Below are positions 41,190-50,775 of a stretch of 64,000 bases of DNA, in pieces. The DNA is taken from NCBI GenBank assembly GCA_018672055.1, contig JABHGM010000001.1, positions 200,884 through 264,883 on the forward strand. The letters are read 5' to 3'. Every line of letters begins with the position of its first letter. Positions within the stretch are counted from its first letter, which is position 1. A model generated the notes under the pieces. It did no database searches, was not told the DNA's origin, and saw only the letters and a list, made by a program, of their open reading frames with translations. Source of the DNA: a bacterium. GTDB lineage: Bacteria > Patescibacteriota > Patescibacteriia > UBA1558 > UBA10009. A program made the translations under genes and the position numbers.

Positions 41190-41918
41190 ATGACTATTAC
41201 ACCAATATTAAAAAAGTTTGGTTTAAATGATAAAGAGATTAAGATTTATTTGACTTTGCTTAAATTAGGACCTACATCAGTTAGGAAAATTGCTGAAAAA
41301 TCAGGAATAAATCGAGGAACTAGCTATGATGTTTTAAAGAATTTAAGAACACTTGGACTTGTAACCTATTATCATAAAGCTACTAAACAGTTTTTTGTAG
41401 CTGAAGACCCTCATAAGTTATTAGAAGCAACTGATAGTAAAATTGGTAATTTAAATGAGGTTAAGAAAAAACTTAATAAGATTATTCCAGAGCTTAAGTC
41501 TTTGCATGATAGCGCTGATAATAAACCAGTTGTTAAATATTATGAAGGACTAAGTGGAGTAAGAACGATTTTACAGGATGTTTTAGAATCTACTAATAAA
41601 GAATATTTTGTATTTTCTTCTACAAGCATAAGTCCTTATTTATATAAAGCATTTCCTTCATTTACTAAACAAAGAATTAAAAAAAATATTAAAGTAAAAG
41701 TTATATCAATTGGAGCAGGTGGAGAGCTAGCTAAGTTATCTGAAAGAAAATGGCTTTCTAAAAAAGAAGGGACTCCTACATATATATTAATTTATTCAAA
41801 TAAAGTTGCTATGATTTCTATTAATCAAGATAACAAACCGCTTGGCTTAATCACTGAAGATAAATCATTATATCATACTCAACTTCAATTATTTAATTAC
41901 ATTTGGCAAACATTATAA
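41190..41918 (+). CDS. TrmB family transcriptional regulator
   Basis: GLNDKEIKIYLTLL...INRGTSYDVL wHTH; KPVVKYYEG. Confidence 0.88.
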   Translation: MTITPILKKFGLNDKEIKIYLTLLKLGPTSVRKIAEKSGINRGTSYDVLKNLRTLGLVTYYHKATKQFFVAEDPHKLLEATDSKIGNLNEVKKKLNKIIPELKSLHDSADNKPVVKYYEGLSGVRTILQDVLESTNKEYFVFSSTSISPYLYKAFPSFTKQRIKKNIKVKVISIGAGGELAKLSERKWLSKKEGTPTYILIYSNKVAMISINQDNKPLGLITEDKSLYHTQLQLFNYIWQTL

Positions 41919-41926
41919 TTTTTTCT

Positions 41927-43753
41927 ATGTGTGGAATTATTGGATATATAGGTGAAAAAAAAGCATTACCTATTATACTAAAAAGCTTAAAAAAAATGGA
42001 GTATCGGGGCTATGATAGTGCCGGCGTTGCTTTAGTTGAAAATGATAAATTAATTATTAAGAAGAAATCTGGTAAATTAGATATTTTAAAAAAAGAACTT
42101 AAGGATTTTAAAAATAATTCTACTATAGGTATTGGTCATATTCGTTGGGCAACACATGGCGAGCCTTCTGATTTAAATGCTCATCCACATAATGATTGTA
42201 ATAGTGAATTAACTATTGTCCATAATGGGATTATTGAAAATTCTAATGAACTTAAAAAAAGTTTGATTAAAAAAGGACATATTTTTAAAACTGAAACAGA
42301 TAGCGAAGTTTTAGCTCATTTGATAGAAGAGTACTATAAGAATAATAAATTAGAAGAAGCTGTTAAAATAGCTTTAGAAAAGGTAAATGGTGCTTATGGT
42401 ATAGTAGTATTTAGTTTAAAAGAAGAAAAATTAGTTGCTGCTAGACTAGGTAGTCCAGTGGTTTTAGGTATTAAAAATAAAGAATACTTTGTAGCATCTG
42501 ATGTAGCTGCTCTGCTTCCATTTACTAAGGAAGTTCTTTTTTTAGAAGAAGGTGAAATAGCTATTTTAGATAGACAGGGATATAAGATAATTAAATTAAC
42601 AGGCGGTGAAAGTATTAGAGAAACTCAAACAGTAGATTGGAGTTTAGACGAGGTAGAAAAAGATGGTTATGATCATTTTATGCTAAAAGAAATTATGGAA
42701 GAAGCAGATACAGTGAGAGCTAGTATGAGGGGCAGAGTTATTTTAGAAGAGGGTGATATTAGATTTGGTGGCTTAATAGATGTAATGGATAAATTAAAAG
42801 AAATAGATAGAATAATAATAGTTGCTTGTGGTACAGCTCATTATGCAGGACGTATAGCAGAGTATGTAATTGAAAGTTTAGTTAATTTACCTGTTGAAGT
42901 TCAATATGCTTCAGAATTTAGATACAGAGAAGAGCCTTTAGATAAAAAAAGTTTAGTTTTAGCAATAAGTCAGTCAGGTGAAACTGCTGATACTTTAGCT
43001 GCTATCCGTAAAGCAAAAGAAAATAATGTACTAACTTTCGGTATTGTTAATGTGGTTGGTTCAACAATTGCTAGAGAAACGGATGCCGGAATATATAATC
43101 ATATTGGACCAGAAATATCAGTGGCTTCTACTAAAGCCTTTGTATCTCAATTAGTAATTATTTATTTACTGGCTATATTACTTGGCAGACAAAGAAAATT
43201 ATCTAGACAACAAGCTATAGAGATATTAGATGAATTAAATAAGTTACCAGAAAAAATTGAAACTATTACAGCCCAAGCATCTAAGATTGATGAAATAGCA
43301 AAAAAATATTATGAAGCAAATAATTTTATATATATTGGTCGTAAGTTAAATTATCCAATTGCTTTAGAAGGTGCTTTAAAATTAAAAGAAATTTCATACA
43401 TTCATGCAGAAGGCTATCCTGCTGGTGAATTAAAGCATGGGCCACTTGCTTTAATAGAAGAAGGTTATCCAGTAGTAGCTATTATTCCACAAGATAAAGT
43501 TTATAAAAAAACAATTAATAATTTAGAAGAAGTAAAAGCACGTTTAGGTAAAGTAATTGCAATTACTAATGAAGAAGATGATTTAATTAAGAAAGTAACT
43601 GATGATGTAATAATTATTCCTAAAACTTTGGAAATACTTAATCCAATCTTAACAGTAATACCTATTCAATTACTCGCTTATTTTATAGCTAAACGTAGGG
43701 GTTGTCCTATAGATCAACCTCGTAATTTAGCTAAAAGCGTTACTGTTGAATAA
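41927..43753 (+). CDS. glmS: Glutamine-fructose-6-phosphate aminotransferase
   Basis: MCGIIG start, RWATHG, SQSGETADT, VASTKAF, PRNLAKSVTVE. Confidence 0.97.
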   Translation: MCGIIGYIGEKKALPIILKSLKKMEYRGYDSAGVALVENDKLIIKKKSGKLDILKKELKDFKNNSTIGIGHIRWATHGEPSDLNAHPHNDCNSELTIVHNGIIENSNELKKSLIKKGHIFKTETDSEVLAHLIEEYYKNNKLEEAVKIALEKVNGAYGIVVFSLKEEKLVAARLGSPVVLGIKNKEYFVASDVAALLPFTKEVLFLEEGEIAILDRQGYKIIKLTGGESIRETQTVDWSLDEVEKDGYDHFMLKEIMEEADTVRASMRGRVILEEGDIRFGGLIDVMDKLKEIDRIIIVACGTAHYAGRIAEYVIESLVNLPVEVQYASEFRYREEPLDKKSLVLAISQSGETADTLAAIRKAKENNVLTFGIVNVVGSTIARETDAGIYNHIGPEISVASTKAFVSQLVIIYLLAILLGRQRKLSRQQAIEILDELNKLPEKIETITAQASKIDEIAKKYYEANNFIYIGRKLNYPIALEGALKLKEISYIHAEGYPAGELKHGPLALIEEGYPVVAIIPQDKVYKKTINNLEEVKARLGKVIAITNEEDDLIKKVTDDVIIIPKTLEILNPILTVIPIQLLAYFIAKRRGCPIDQPRNLAKSVTVE

Positions 43754-43763
43754 TTTTAAATAT

Positions 43764-44183
43764 ATGATAAGAAAGTTTAAAAAAGAAGATGCTAAGCACG
43801 TTGCATCTTTAATAAAACAATTAACCTCAAATATTGTTAAGCCAGATAGTTTAGAGAAGCGTTTAGAAGAAATTGTAGAAGATAATAATACACAATATTT
43901 TGTTGCTGAAATTGATAATAAGATAGTCGGTTTTGCTGGGCTTTGTTGGTATACTATACCCTCCAAAGGTTTAATGGCTTGGGTTGAAGAATTAATAGTT
44001 GATGAAAAAATTAGAGGTAAAGGCATAGGTAAGTCTTTGATGAATGAATTAATTAACTTAGCTCATGAAATTAAATGTAATAAGATGGAATTAACGGTTA
44101 ATAATCCAATAGCGATTAGTTTATATGAAAAATTAGGTTTTGAATTTACAAATAGTAAAGTAATGATAAAAAAGCATTACTAA
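43764..44183 (+). CDS. GNAT acetyltransferase, GNA1 (glucosamine-6-P N-acetyltransferase)-like
   Basis: LIKQLT, AWVEELIVDEKIRGKGIGK, CNKMEL, LYEKLGF; directly after glmS. Confidence 0.7.
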   Translation: MIRKFKKEDAKHVASLIKQLTSNIVKPDSLEKRLEEIVEDNNTQYFVAEIDNKIVGFAGLCWYTIPSKGLMAWVEELIVDEKIRGKGIGKSLMNELINLAHEIKCNKMELTVNNPIAISLYEKLGFEFTNSKVMIKKHY

Positions 44184-44208
44184 TGCACTTTAAAAAAGGA
44201 GGAAGGAA

Positions 44209-45204
44209 ATGAAAAATATTGTTTCTATTGGAGCAGGTACAGGACAAGCTAATCTATTAAAAAGTTTAATGAATAATGGTAGATATAAATTAACTGGTTT
44301 AGTTTCTGTAACTGATGATGGTGGGCACAGCGGTAGGATAAGAAGAGATTTAAAAACATTTGGTGTTAAATCTCCTCAAATCGGTGATGGTAGGAATTGT
44401 CTATTGAAATTAGCTAGGAATAAAGAAGTAGCAAGCTTGTTTAAAGTATTAAAAAATGGTGAGAATTCTGCCAATACTTTAATCGCAGGTCTTTTATCTG
44501 ATGGGCTTACATTAACTGAGGCTTTCGAGAAATTCGGAAAGTTAGTTGATGCTGCTGGTACGATTATTCCGGTTACTAATGAAGATGTTGATATAATAGC
44601 TGAATATGAAGGAGATATTATTGTTTCAGGCGAATGGAATATTATGGAATATAATCACACAGATAAGCTTAAACGATTGCGTTTAAGTAGACCTGTTAAG
44701 ATTAATCCTAAAGCATTAACTGCGCTTGATAATGCTGATTCTCTGATTATTGGTCCAGGCTCATTTAGAACTGGGATAATATCTGCATTACTACCCGAGG
44801 GTATGAAAGAAAAAATAATGGATATAAAGGCTAAAATAATTTATGTTTGTAATTTATTCTCTCAACCAGGCCAAACTGATGGCATAACTCAAGCTGGTTA
44901 TATTGAAGAGCTGTATAAGTACATTGGTCGTGTACCAGATGTAGTTTTAGTTAATAATGGCTCAGTTCATGATAAGGTTATTCAACATTACAAAGATTCT
45001 GGCTCATCTCTTATAAAAGAAGGTGATTTAGATTCTCTTGGTTGTATGATTGTGCGAAGAAGCTTAATTCCTAAAATTGATGATATATTAAGGAATAGCC
45101 CTGAAATGCAAAGGATGGGTAGCTTTAAGAAGTGGACTCACCTTTTAACTCATGAACGTGGTGAATTGGCTAGAACTATTATTGAAATAATAGATGAAGC
45201 ATAA
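44209..45204 (+). CDS. YvcK/GlmR (CofD-like) family protein
   Basis: IGAGTG, VTDDGGHSG, GDGRNCL, IIGPGSFRTGI, NLFSQPGQT. Confidence 0.85.
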   Translation: MKNIVSIGAGTGQANLLKSLMNNGRYKLTGLVSVTDDGGHSGRIRRDLKTFGVKSPQIGDGRNCLLKLARNKEVASLFKVLKNGENSANTLIAGLLSDGLTLTEAFEKFGKLVDAAGTIIPVTNEDVDIIAEYEGDIIVSGEWNIMEYNHTDKLKRLRLSRPVKINPKALTALDNADSLIIGPGSFRTGIISALLPEGMKEKIMDIKAKIIYVCNLFSQPGQTDGITQAGYIEELYKYIGRVPDVVLVNNGSVHDKVIQHYKDSGSSLIKEGDLDSLGCMIVRRSLIPKIDDILRNSPEMQRMGSFKKWTHLLTHERGELARTIIEIIDEA

Positions 45205-45274
45205 TATTATGCTTAGAGGGGGATAGAATTCTATCCCCTTTTTTTTATTATCTAAATCATTTAAACTAATAAGT

Positions 45275-46525
45275 ATGCAGATATGTGATTTACATATACA
45301 TTCTAAACATGCTAGAGCTTGCTCTAAGTTTTTAACGTTAGAAGAAATTGATAAGTGGTCTAAAATAAAAGGCGTTGATATTGTTGGTACAGCTGATTTT
45401 ACTCATCCTCAATGGTTTAAAGAGATAGAGAATAAGCTGGAAGAAGTAAATAGTGGAATATTTAAATTGAAAGGATCTAACTCAGATGTTAATTTTATGT
45501 TAACAACTGAAATATCTTGTATTTATTCGCAAGGTGGTAAGACTAGACGTTTACATATTTGCATTTGGGCGCCTAATTTGGAATTTGTTAGGAAGTTGAA
45601 TAAGAATTTAACTGATAGGGGTTGTAAATTAGGTTCTGATGGTAGACCAATAATAGGTATGTCAGCAAAAGAGCTACTTAAAATATGTTTAAGCATAGAT
45701 GAGAATCATATTACTATACCAGCACATATTTGGACTCCCTGGTTTGCAATATTTGGTTCTAAATCTGGTTTTGATTCAGTTGAAGAATGCTATGAAGAAT
45801 TATCTCCACATATTTTTGCTTTAGAGACTGGTTTGTCATCTGATCCACTTATGAATTGGCAACTTTCAATGCTTGATAAGTATACTTTAGTTTCTAATTC
45901 TGATGCTCATAGTGCACAGAACATTGGCAGAGAAGCGAATGTATTTGATTTAAAAGAAAAAACATTTGAAGAGATAAGAAATATTTTAAAAACAAAAGAT
46001 AAGAAGAAATTTTTGTATACTATAGAGTTTTATCCAGAAGAAGGTATTTATCATTTTGATGGACATAGAAAATGTAAGGTTAGTTTATCCCCAGGTGAGA
46101 CAAAAAAAGAAAAAGAGGCTTGTCCTAAGTGTAAGAGAAATGTAACTGTTGGGGTTTTAAATAGAGTAGAAAATTTAGCTGATAGAAAGAAAAAAGATAT
46201 TAAAAAAGAAAATTACATTCCATTTAAAAATGTAATTCCGTTAAAAGAAATTTTATCTGATGTTTTAGATGTAGGTAAACATTCTAAAAAAGTAGATGCA
46301 TTTTATCAGCAAATGATTAAAGGTGGTAAAAATGAATTTAATATATTACTTAATCTTGAAATAGCAGATATTGAAAGTATTTCTACGCCAGAAATAGCTG
46401 AAGCAGTAAGGAGAGTAAGAAAAGATAAGGTTAAATTAATTCCAGGATTTGATGGTCAATATGGTAAGATTGAAATATTTGATAAGCAAGAGAAGAAGAA
46501 AACTTCACAAATTAAATTACTCTAA
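45275..46525 (+). CDS. Endonuclease Q family (PHP domain plus Zn finger)
   Basis: DLHIHS, ADFTHP, PAHIWTPW, ETGLSSD, SNSDAHS, CPKC, PGFDGQYG. Confidence 0.88.
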   Translation: MQICDLHIHSKHARACSKFLTLEEIDKWSKIKGVDIVGTADFTHPQWFKEIENKLEEVNSGIFKLKGSNSDVNFMLTTEISCIYSQGGKTRRLHICIWAPNLEFVRKLNKNLTDRGCKLGSDGRPIIGMSAKELLKICLSIDENHITIPAHIWTPWFAIFGSKSGFDSVEECYEELSPHIFALETGLSSDPLMNWQLSMLDKYTLVSNSDAHSAQNIGREANVFDLKEKTFEEIRNILKTKDKKKFLYTIEFYPEEGIYHFDGHRKCKVSLSPGETKKEKEACPKCKRNVTVGVLNRVENLADRKKKDIKKENYIPFKNVIPLKEILSDVLDVGKHSKKVDAFYQQMIKGGKNEFNILLNLEIADIESISTPEIAEAVRRVRKDKVKLIPGFDGQYGKIEIFDKQEKKKTSQIKLL

Positions 46526-46613
46526 AATATAGCTAAAATTAGCGTAAATATAAAATCCTCTTCAAGCATGAGATAGAGGATTTTATATTCTCTTCTTTGA
46601 AGAAAATAAGATC

Positions 46614-46958
46614 TTATTTTTTTCTCTTCTTTCTACGAACTACTTTCTTCTTTCTTTTTGGAGCTGCTTTTTTCTTTTTCTTAGCAACTTTTCTTTTTTT
46701 CTTCGGAGCTGCTTTTTTCTTACGCTTTACAGCTTTCTTCTTTCTTTTTGGAGCTGCTTTTTTCTTTTTCTTAGCAACTTTTCTTTTCTTTCTTACAACC
46801 TTTTTCTTTCTTTTTGGAGCTGCTTTTTTCTTTTTCTTAGCAACTTTTCTTTTTTTCTTCGGAGCTGCTTTTTTCTTTCTTACAACTTTCTTTTTACGTA
46901 CTACTTTCTTCTTTCTTTTTGGAGCTGCTTTTTTCTTTTTACGTTTTTTTGCTGGCAT
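46614..46958 (-). CDS. Histone H1-like basic repeat protein (114 aa)
   Basis: Only K/R/A/V/P after Met; repeats KKKAAPKRKKK and KKKVVRK; AAAGGGGTGA SD. Confidence 0.8.
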   Translation of the reverse strand: MPAKKRKKKKAAPKRKKKVVRKKKVVRKKKAAPKKKRKVAKKKKKAAPKRKKKVVRKKRKVAKKKKKAAPKRKKKAVKRKKKAAPKKKRKVAKKKKKAAPKRKKKVVRRKKRKK

Positions 46959-47077
46959 TTTGTTCACCCCCTTTCTTGTTTAGGATTTTTATTTATTATA
47001 TTTTAATTATATCACTTTTTTACTAAAAATTATATAGTAAATACTAAAAAAGAACCTTAAATTAAAAGATTCTTTTT

Positions 47078-47154
47078 TGGTGGACCCGAGCGGAGTCGAA
47101 CCGCTGACCTCCTGCTTGCAAAGCAGGCATTCTAACCAACTGAACTACGGGCCC
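47078..47154 (-). tRNA. tRNA-Ala(TGC)
   Basis: Cloverleaf, G3-U70, anticodon TGC, CCA. Confidence 0.95.
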
Positions 47155-47158
47155 TGTA

Positions 47159-47407
47159 TTATTTTGCTCCTGGAAATATTGAACTCACCATTGAAACTAT
47201 AACACCTTGAAGTAGATTGGTAGTTACAAGCATTCCTATAAAGATTGTAAGGATGCCAATTAGTTTCCATAGTAATCTTGAACCGCCTGATGTTGAGATG
47301 TGTTGTTCTGCCCAACTAATGGTTCCAAAGTTACTTACTAGCCAATCAGATTTCCAAGTTATTAAGAAACCTACTACGATCATAATTAAACCTAGTATAA
47401 TTCTCAT
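47159..47407 (-). CDS. Hypothetical membrane protein
   Basis: Two TMs, FG.I.WAE...GG.RL.WKLIG pattern. Confidence 0.7.
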   Translation of the reverse strand: MRIILGLIMIVVGFLITWKSDWLVSNFGTISWAEQHISTSGGSRLLWKLIGILTIFIGMLVTTNLLQGVIVSMVSSIFPGAK

Positions 47408-47426
47408 ATTTTTTTATTTATTTTAA

Positions 47427-47503
47427 TGGTGGACGCACGAGGATTCGAACCTCGGGCCTCTTGGATGTAAACCAAGCGCTCTAACCAGCTGAGCTATGCG
47501 TCC
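47427..47503 (-). tRNA. tRNA-Val(TAC)
   Basis: Cloverleaf, CTTGG-TT TAC AT-CCAAG, CCA. Confidence 0.95.
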
Positions 47504-47589
47504 TGGTGCCCAGGGCGGGACTCGAACCCGCACGCTTAAATAAGCCTAGGCCCTCAACCTAGTGTGTATACCAATTCCACCACCTGGGC
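47504..47589 (-). tRNA. tRNA-Leu(GAG)
   Basis: Long variable arm, CTAGG-TT GAG GG-CCTAG, CCA. Confidence 0.95.
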
Positions 47590-47615
47590 TTCTGGCTAGG
47601 CTACTTATTTATCGC

Positions 47616-47954
47616 TTAAGCTATTTTCTTTTCTCTAAGTCTTTTTTTGTAAGATCTTAAGAAACCTAGTTTAGAACGTCTTACTCTAGCTTTCTTAATG
47701 ATTTCAATATTCTCAATATTTGGAGAATTTAAGGGAAATATTTTTTCTACACCAATACCGCCACTTACTTTTCTAACAGTGATTGTTGAGCCTACTTCAG
47801 CACCATGCTTTTGAGCTAGGACCATGCCTTCAAATACTTGAACTCTTTCTTTATCTTCACCTTTAACGTTTTTTTCTTTTATTTTTTGATGTACTCTTAC
47901 GGTCATACCTGGCTTAACTTCAGGGTAACCAGACTTCTTTTGTTCTTCTGACAT
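47616..47954 (-). CDS. rplS: 50S ribosomal protein L19
   Basis: PGMTVRVH, KERVQVFEG, GVEKIFP, VRRSKL; start set to ATG 47954. Confidence 0.96.
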   Translation of the reverse strand: MSEEQKKSGYPEVKPGMTVRVHQKIKEKNVKGEDKERVQVFEGMVLAQKHGAEVGSTITVRKVSGGIGVEKIFPLNSPNIENIEIIKKARVRRSKLGFLRSYKKRLREKKIA

Positions 47955-48010
47955 ATTTTTAAATATTTTGTTAATCTTAAAAACTAGACTCAATAATACT
48001 CTAAATTGTC

Positions 48011-48553
48011 TTATTTGTCAAGACTTTTTAAAGTCTTAAGAGTATTGGCTAAAACTACTCTAGGACTAGGTTTATTATCGATAATTAGGTCATATATCGA
48101 TTTATCGTAATATTTGATGTTATATAGCTTTTTATACCTTTTTACTAAGAATTTCTCTCTATGATTGATTAGTTCTTTAGCTTTACAGTTACTTATTTTT
48201 TCTCTTTTAGCTATCCTTTTTATTCTCATATCTTTGGGTACATTTACCCATATTTTGATACTTTCTACTTTATTCTTCTGACATAGCCAGCCTGAGATAT
48301 GTCCTTCGTATATTACTTTTTTATGAGTTTTAACATACTTTATCATTTGTTTATCTATGGCAATATCATGTTTTGGATACTTTAAACAATATACTTCAAA
48401 TTCACTTAGAGTCATTTTCTTTTTTTTAGCTAAAGCTCTAAATAATATACCTGTATGTAAATATTTATAGTTTAATTTTTTAGCTAGCATTTTAGCTAAA
48501 GTTGATTTACCTGATGCTGGTGAACCGCTTATTGTTATTATTTCAGAATTCAT
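48011..48553 (-). CDS. cmk: Cytidylate kinase, archaeal-type
   Basis: ITISGSPASGKST, RIAKRE, RYKKLY...YDLIID. Confidence 0.8.
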   Translation of the reverse strand: MNSEIITISGSPASGKSTLAKMLAKKLNYKYLHTGILFRALAKKKKMTLSEFEVYCLKYPKHDIAIDKQMIKYVKTHKKVIYEGHISGWLCQKNKVESIKIWVNVPKDMRIKRIAKREKISNCKAKELINHREKFLVKRYKKLYNIKYYDKSIYDLIIDNKPSPRVVLANTLKTLKSLDK

Positions 48554-49464
48554 TTTAATTCATTTAAAATATTATTTAATTCTTTAGGAATTTCTATCTT
48601 ATATTCCTTATACTCATTATTCAAATCATTAAAGCCTAGAGTATGAGCATGTAAGAATAATCTATCTAGCTTTAAGTTATTAACTAAGTTTTTATTATAA
48701 TATATCTTATCACCAACTACTGGATGATTGAAAGCTTTTAAATGAGAACGTATTTGATGAGTTCTGCCTGTTTCAATAGTAACTTTTAAATAAGTATATC
48801 TAGAATATTTATTTTCAACTACATATTTTGTAATTGATTTTTTACCTGTCTCATGTTTAGGCAGAGCTACCATTCTACCAGTTAGCTTTGATCTTTTAAG
48901 AGGGAAGTCAATAATTCCAGTTTCAGTTTCTAAAACACCATAGACTAAAGCTAAGTATTCTTTTTTTACGTTTCTTTCTTGGAATTCATTTTTTAAATGT
49001 TCAAACATTTTTTGAGTTTTAGCTATTACCATAACTCCGCTTACTTCCTTATCTAATCTTTGAACAATACCAGGTCTTATTTCATCTTCACCAACATCTT
49101 TAATATCTGGGTAATTATTTTTTAACCAATCAACTAGAGTTGGTTCTTTGATACTTGGAGCTGGGTGGATGATTAAATGAGCTGGTTTATTTAATATTAA
49201 ATAGTCATCAGTTTCTGTTATTACTTCAGGTTTAGGTATTACTTTTTTTACTTCACAACTAAGTTTTGCAAAACCTTTGGCTATATTAACTTCAACATTG
49301 TCATTTTCTCTTAAGGCAAAATGAGCTGTTTCATGTTTATCATTTACAGTTACTTCTTTTTCTTTAATTAGCTTTTGAATTTGAGAACGTGAAAAATCAG
49401 ATAATTCTTCTACTAAGTATTTATCTAGCCTTTGTTTTTCTTCTTTTTTATATATTAATTTCAT
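48550..49464 (-). CDS. RluA/RluD family pseudouridine synthase
   Basis: S4 domain RLDKYL, QRLDKEVSG, TGRTHQIR, LFLHA. Confidence 0.92.
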   Translation of the reverse strand: MKLIYKKEEKQRLDKYLVEELSDFSRSQIQKLIKEKEVTVNDKHETAHFALRENDNVEVNIAKGFAKLSCEVKKVIPKPEVITETDDYLILNKPAHLIIHPAPSIKEPTLVDWLKNNYPDIKDVGEDEIRPGIVQRLDKEVSGVMVIAKTQKMFEHLKNEFQERNVKKEYLALVYGVLETETGIIDFPLKRSKLTGRMVALPKHETGKKSITKYVVENKYSRYTYLKVTIETGRTHQIRSHLKAFNHPVVGDKIYYNKNLVNNLKLDRLFLHAHTLGFNDLNNEYKEYKIEIPKELNNILNELK

Positions 49465-49493
49465 ATTATAAAAATAGCATATATTTGGTTATA

Positions 49494-50019
49494 AAAAAAG
49501 CCCAGGGTTAGTTGGGCTTATTAATTTATTTTGATTAGTTAGAAAGAGTATAGTTATGTATGTTTTTCTGATTTTAACCATATGCTCATGTATTCGACGC
49601 CTTTTGGTGTCAGATTTTCAATTTCTTCTATACGCTGTTTAGCACCTAATATATCAGCAAGTATTGGATTGATTACTTGAATAGCCTCTAGTCTATTAAT
49701 TAGGTCAGAATTAAATCTTTTTTTAATAGATTTTCCTAATTTCACGATTTCTTTTTCAACCTTATTTGGAGGAAGGCTTCCTATGACGACTATAAAGTCA
49801 TCCAAGCTGGTTGCCATTTCAGATTTATGTATATCCTGAAAAAGTCTTTTTAGAGGAATGAATCTTTTTGCAATTTCTTTTACTGTCAATTCATTTAGTT
49901 TTTTCAATGTTCTCTCCTTTATTTGTTTAATATTAATTATTTTATTAAGAGCTTATTGGGCTAATTTATCAATTAAGTAATTTTTTGTCAAATAAAAAAG
50001 CCCAGGGTTAGTTGGGCTT
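49494..50019. repeat. 26-bp exact direct repeat (terminator hairpin), copies at 49494-49519 and 49994-50019
   Basis: AAAAAAGCCCAGGGTTAGTTGGGCTT twice, exactly 500 bp apart. Confidence 0.9.
49554..49907 (-). CDS. Orphan helical protein (EIxNLTPxG family, copy 1)
   Basis: IEEIENLTPKGVEY; AAAGGAG SD, TTG start, TTGACA promoter. Confidence 0.6.
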   Translation of the reverse strand: MKKLNELTVKEIAKRFIPLKRLFQDIHKSEMATSLDDFIVVIGSLPPNKVEKEIVKLGKSIKKRFNSDLINRLEAIQVINPILADILGAKQRIEEIENLTPKGVEYMSIWLKSEKHT

Positions 50020-50045
50020 TTAGAATTTAGTGTTCATTTTGGGGA

Positions 50046-50543
50046 TTAGGAAATAATGTGTTTAATTGTGCGAGCGATTTCATATGTTTTCATATATTGT
50101 TTTATATGTTTGATTCCAGTTGGTGTGAGATTTTTAATCTCTTCGATAAGTTCCTCAATAGTGGGATCGCTGTTTATTGTTGGCACTAAATAACCTTTGA
50201 ATTTAGATAATAGATTCATAAGATCATCAATAATTATTGTATACAGAAGTTCTTTATAGTACAACATAAGGATGGTATCACTGCGTTGTAGTTTTGCAAC
50301 AACTACCTTTAAAACATGGTATATCCAGTCGTTTTTTTCTGGACTATGATTTTCAGGAACTTTTGTCGTTATTTCTTCTCTGATTTTTGTCCAATTATCT
50401 TTAATTGTGTTTAAAGATGATGGACCGCCATTATCTAAATCCTTACGAATTTGAAATTGTTCTGATAGCTCTTGATCTTTGATATGTTTGATCATCCAAT
50501 CAAAAATTTCTTTCGCTGCTTTAAGCTTTATTGCTCCATTCAT
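50046..50543 (-). CDS. Orphan helical protein (EIxNLTPxG family, copy 2)
   Basis: IEEIKNLTPTGIKH; AAAGGAG SD; directly downstream of tRNA-Val. Confidence 0.6.
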   Translation of the reverse strand: MNGAIKLKAAKEIFDWMIKHIKDQELSEQFQIRKDLDNGGPSSLNTIKDNWTKIREEITTKVPENHSPEKNDWIYHVLKVVVAKLQRSDTILMLYYKELLYTIIIDDLMNLLSKFKGYLVPTINSDPTIEELIEEIKNLTPTGIKHIKQYMKTYEIARTIKHIIS

Positions 50544-50586
50544 CTCTTCTCCTTTTTGTTATGTAAATATGATATAAATAATATAA

Positions 50587-50663
50587 TGGTGGGTGTAAGA
50601 GGATTTGAACCTCTGACCTCCACGATGTCAACGTGGCGCTCTAACCAACTGAGCTATACACCC
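50587..50663 (-). tRNA. tRNA-Val(GAC)
   Basis: Cloverleaf, CCACG-TT GAC AT-CGTGG, CCA. Confidence 0.95.
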
Positions 50664-50671
50664 ATAATATA

Positions 50672-50747
50672 TGGTGCGCGTAGATGGACTTGAACCATCG
50701 ACCCCCGCCTTATAAGGGCGGTGCTCTAACCACTGAGCTATACGCGC
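50672..50747 (-). tRNA. tRNA-Ile(TAT)
   Basis: Cloverleaf, CCGCC-CT TAT AA-GGCGG, A73, CCA. Confidence 0.9.
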
Positions 50748-50775
50748 GTATCAAAGTGAATTATACCTAATCTTT

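Noticed and set aside
41880-41927. glmS ribozyme upstream of glmS
   Set aside because: Only 8 nt separate trmB and glmS; no room for it
46614-46958. Tandem repeats as a possible CRISPR array
   Set aside because: In-frame coding repeats without unique spacers; no cas genes in the window
46597-46983. Phe-rich plus-strand ORF
   Set aside because: Antisense shadow of the Lys-rich gene, which has the SD site
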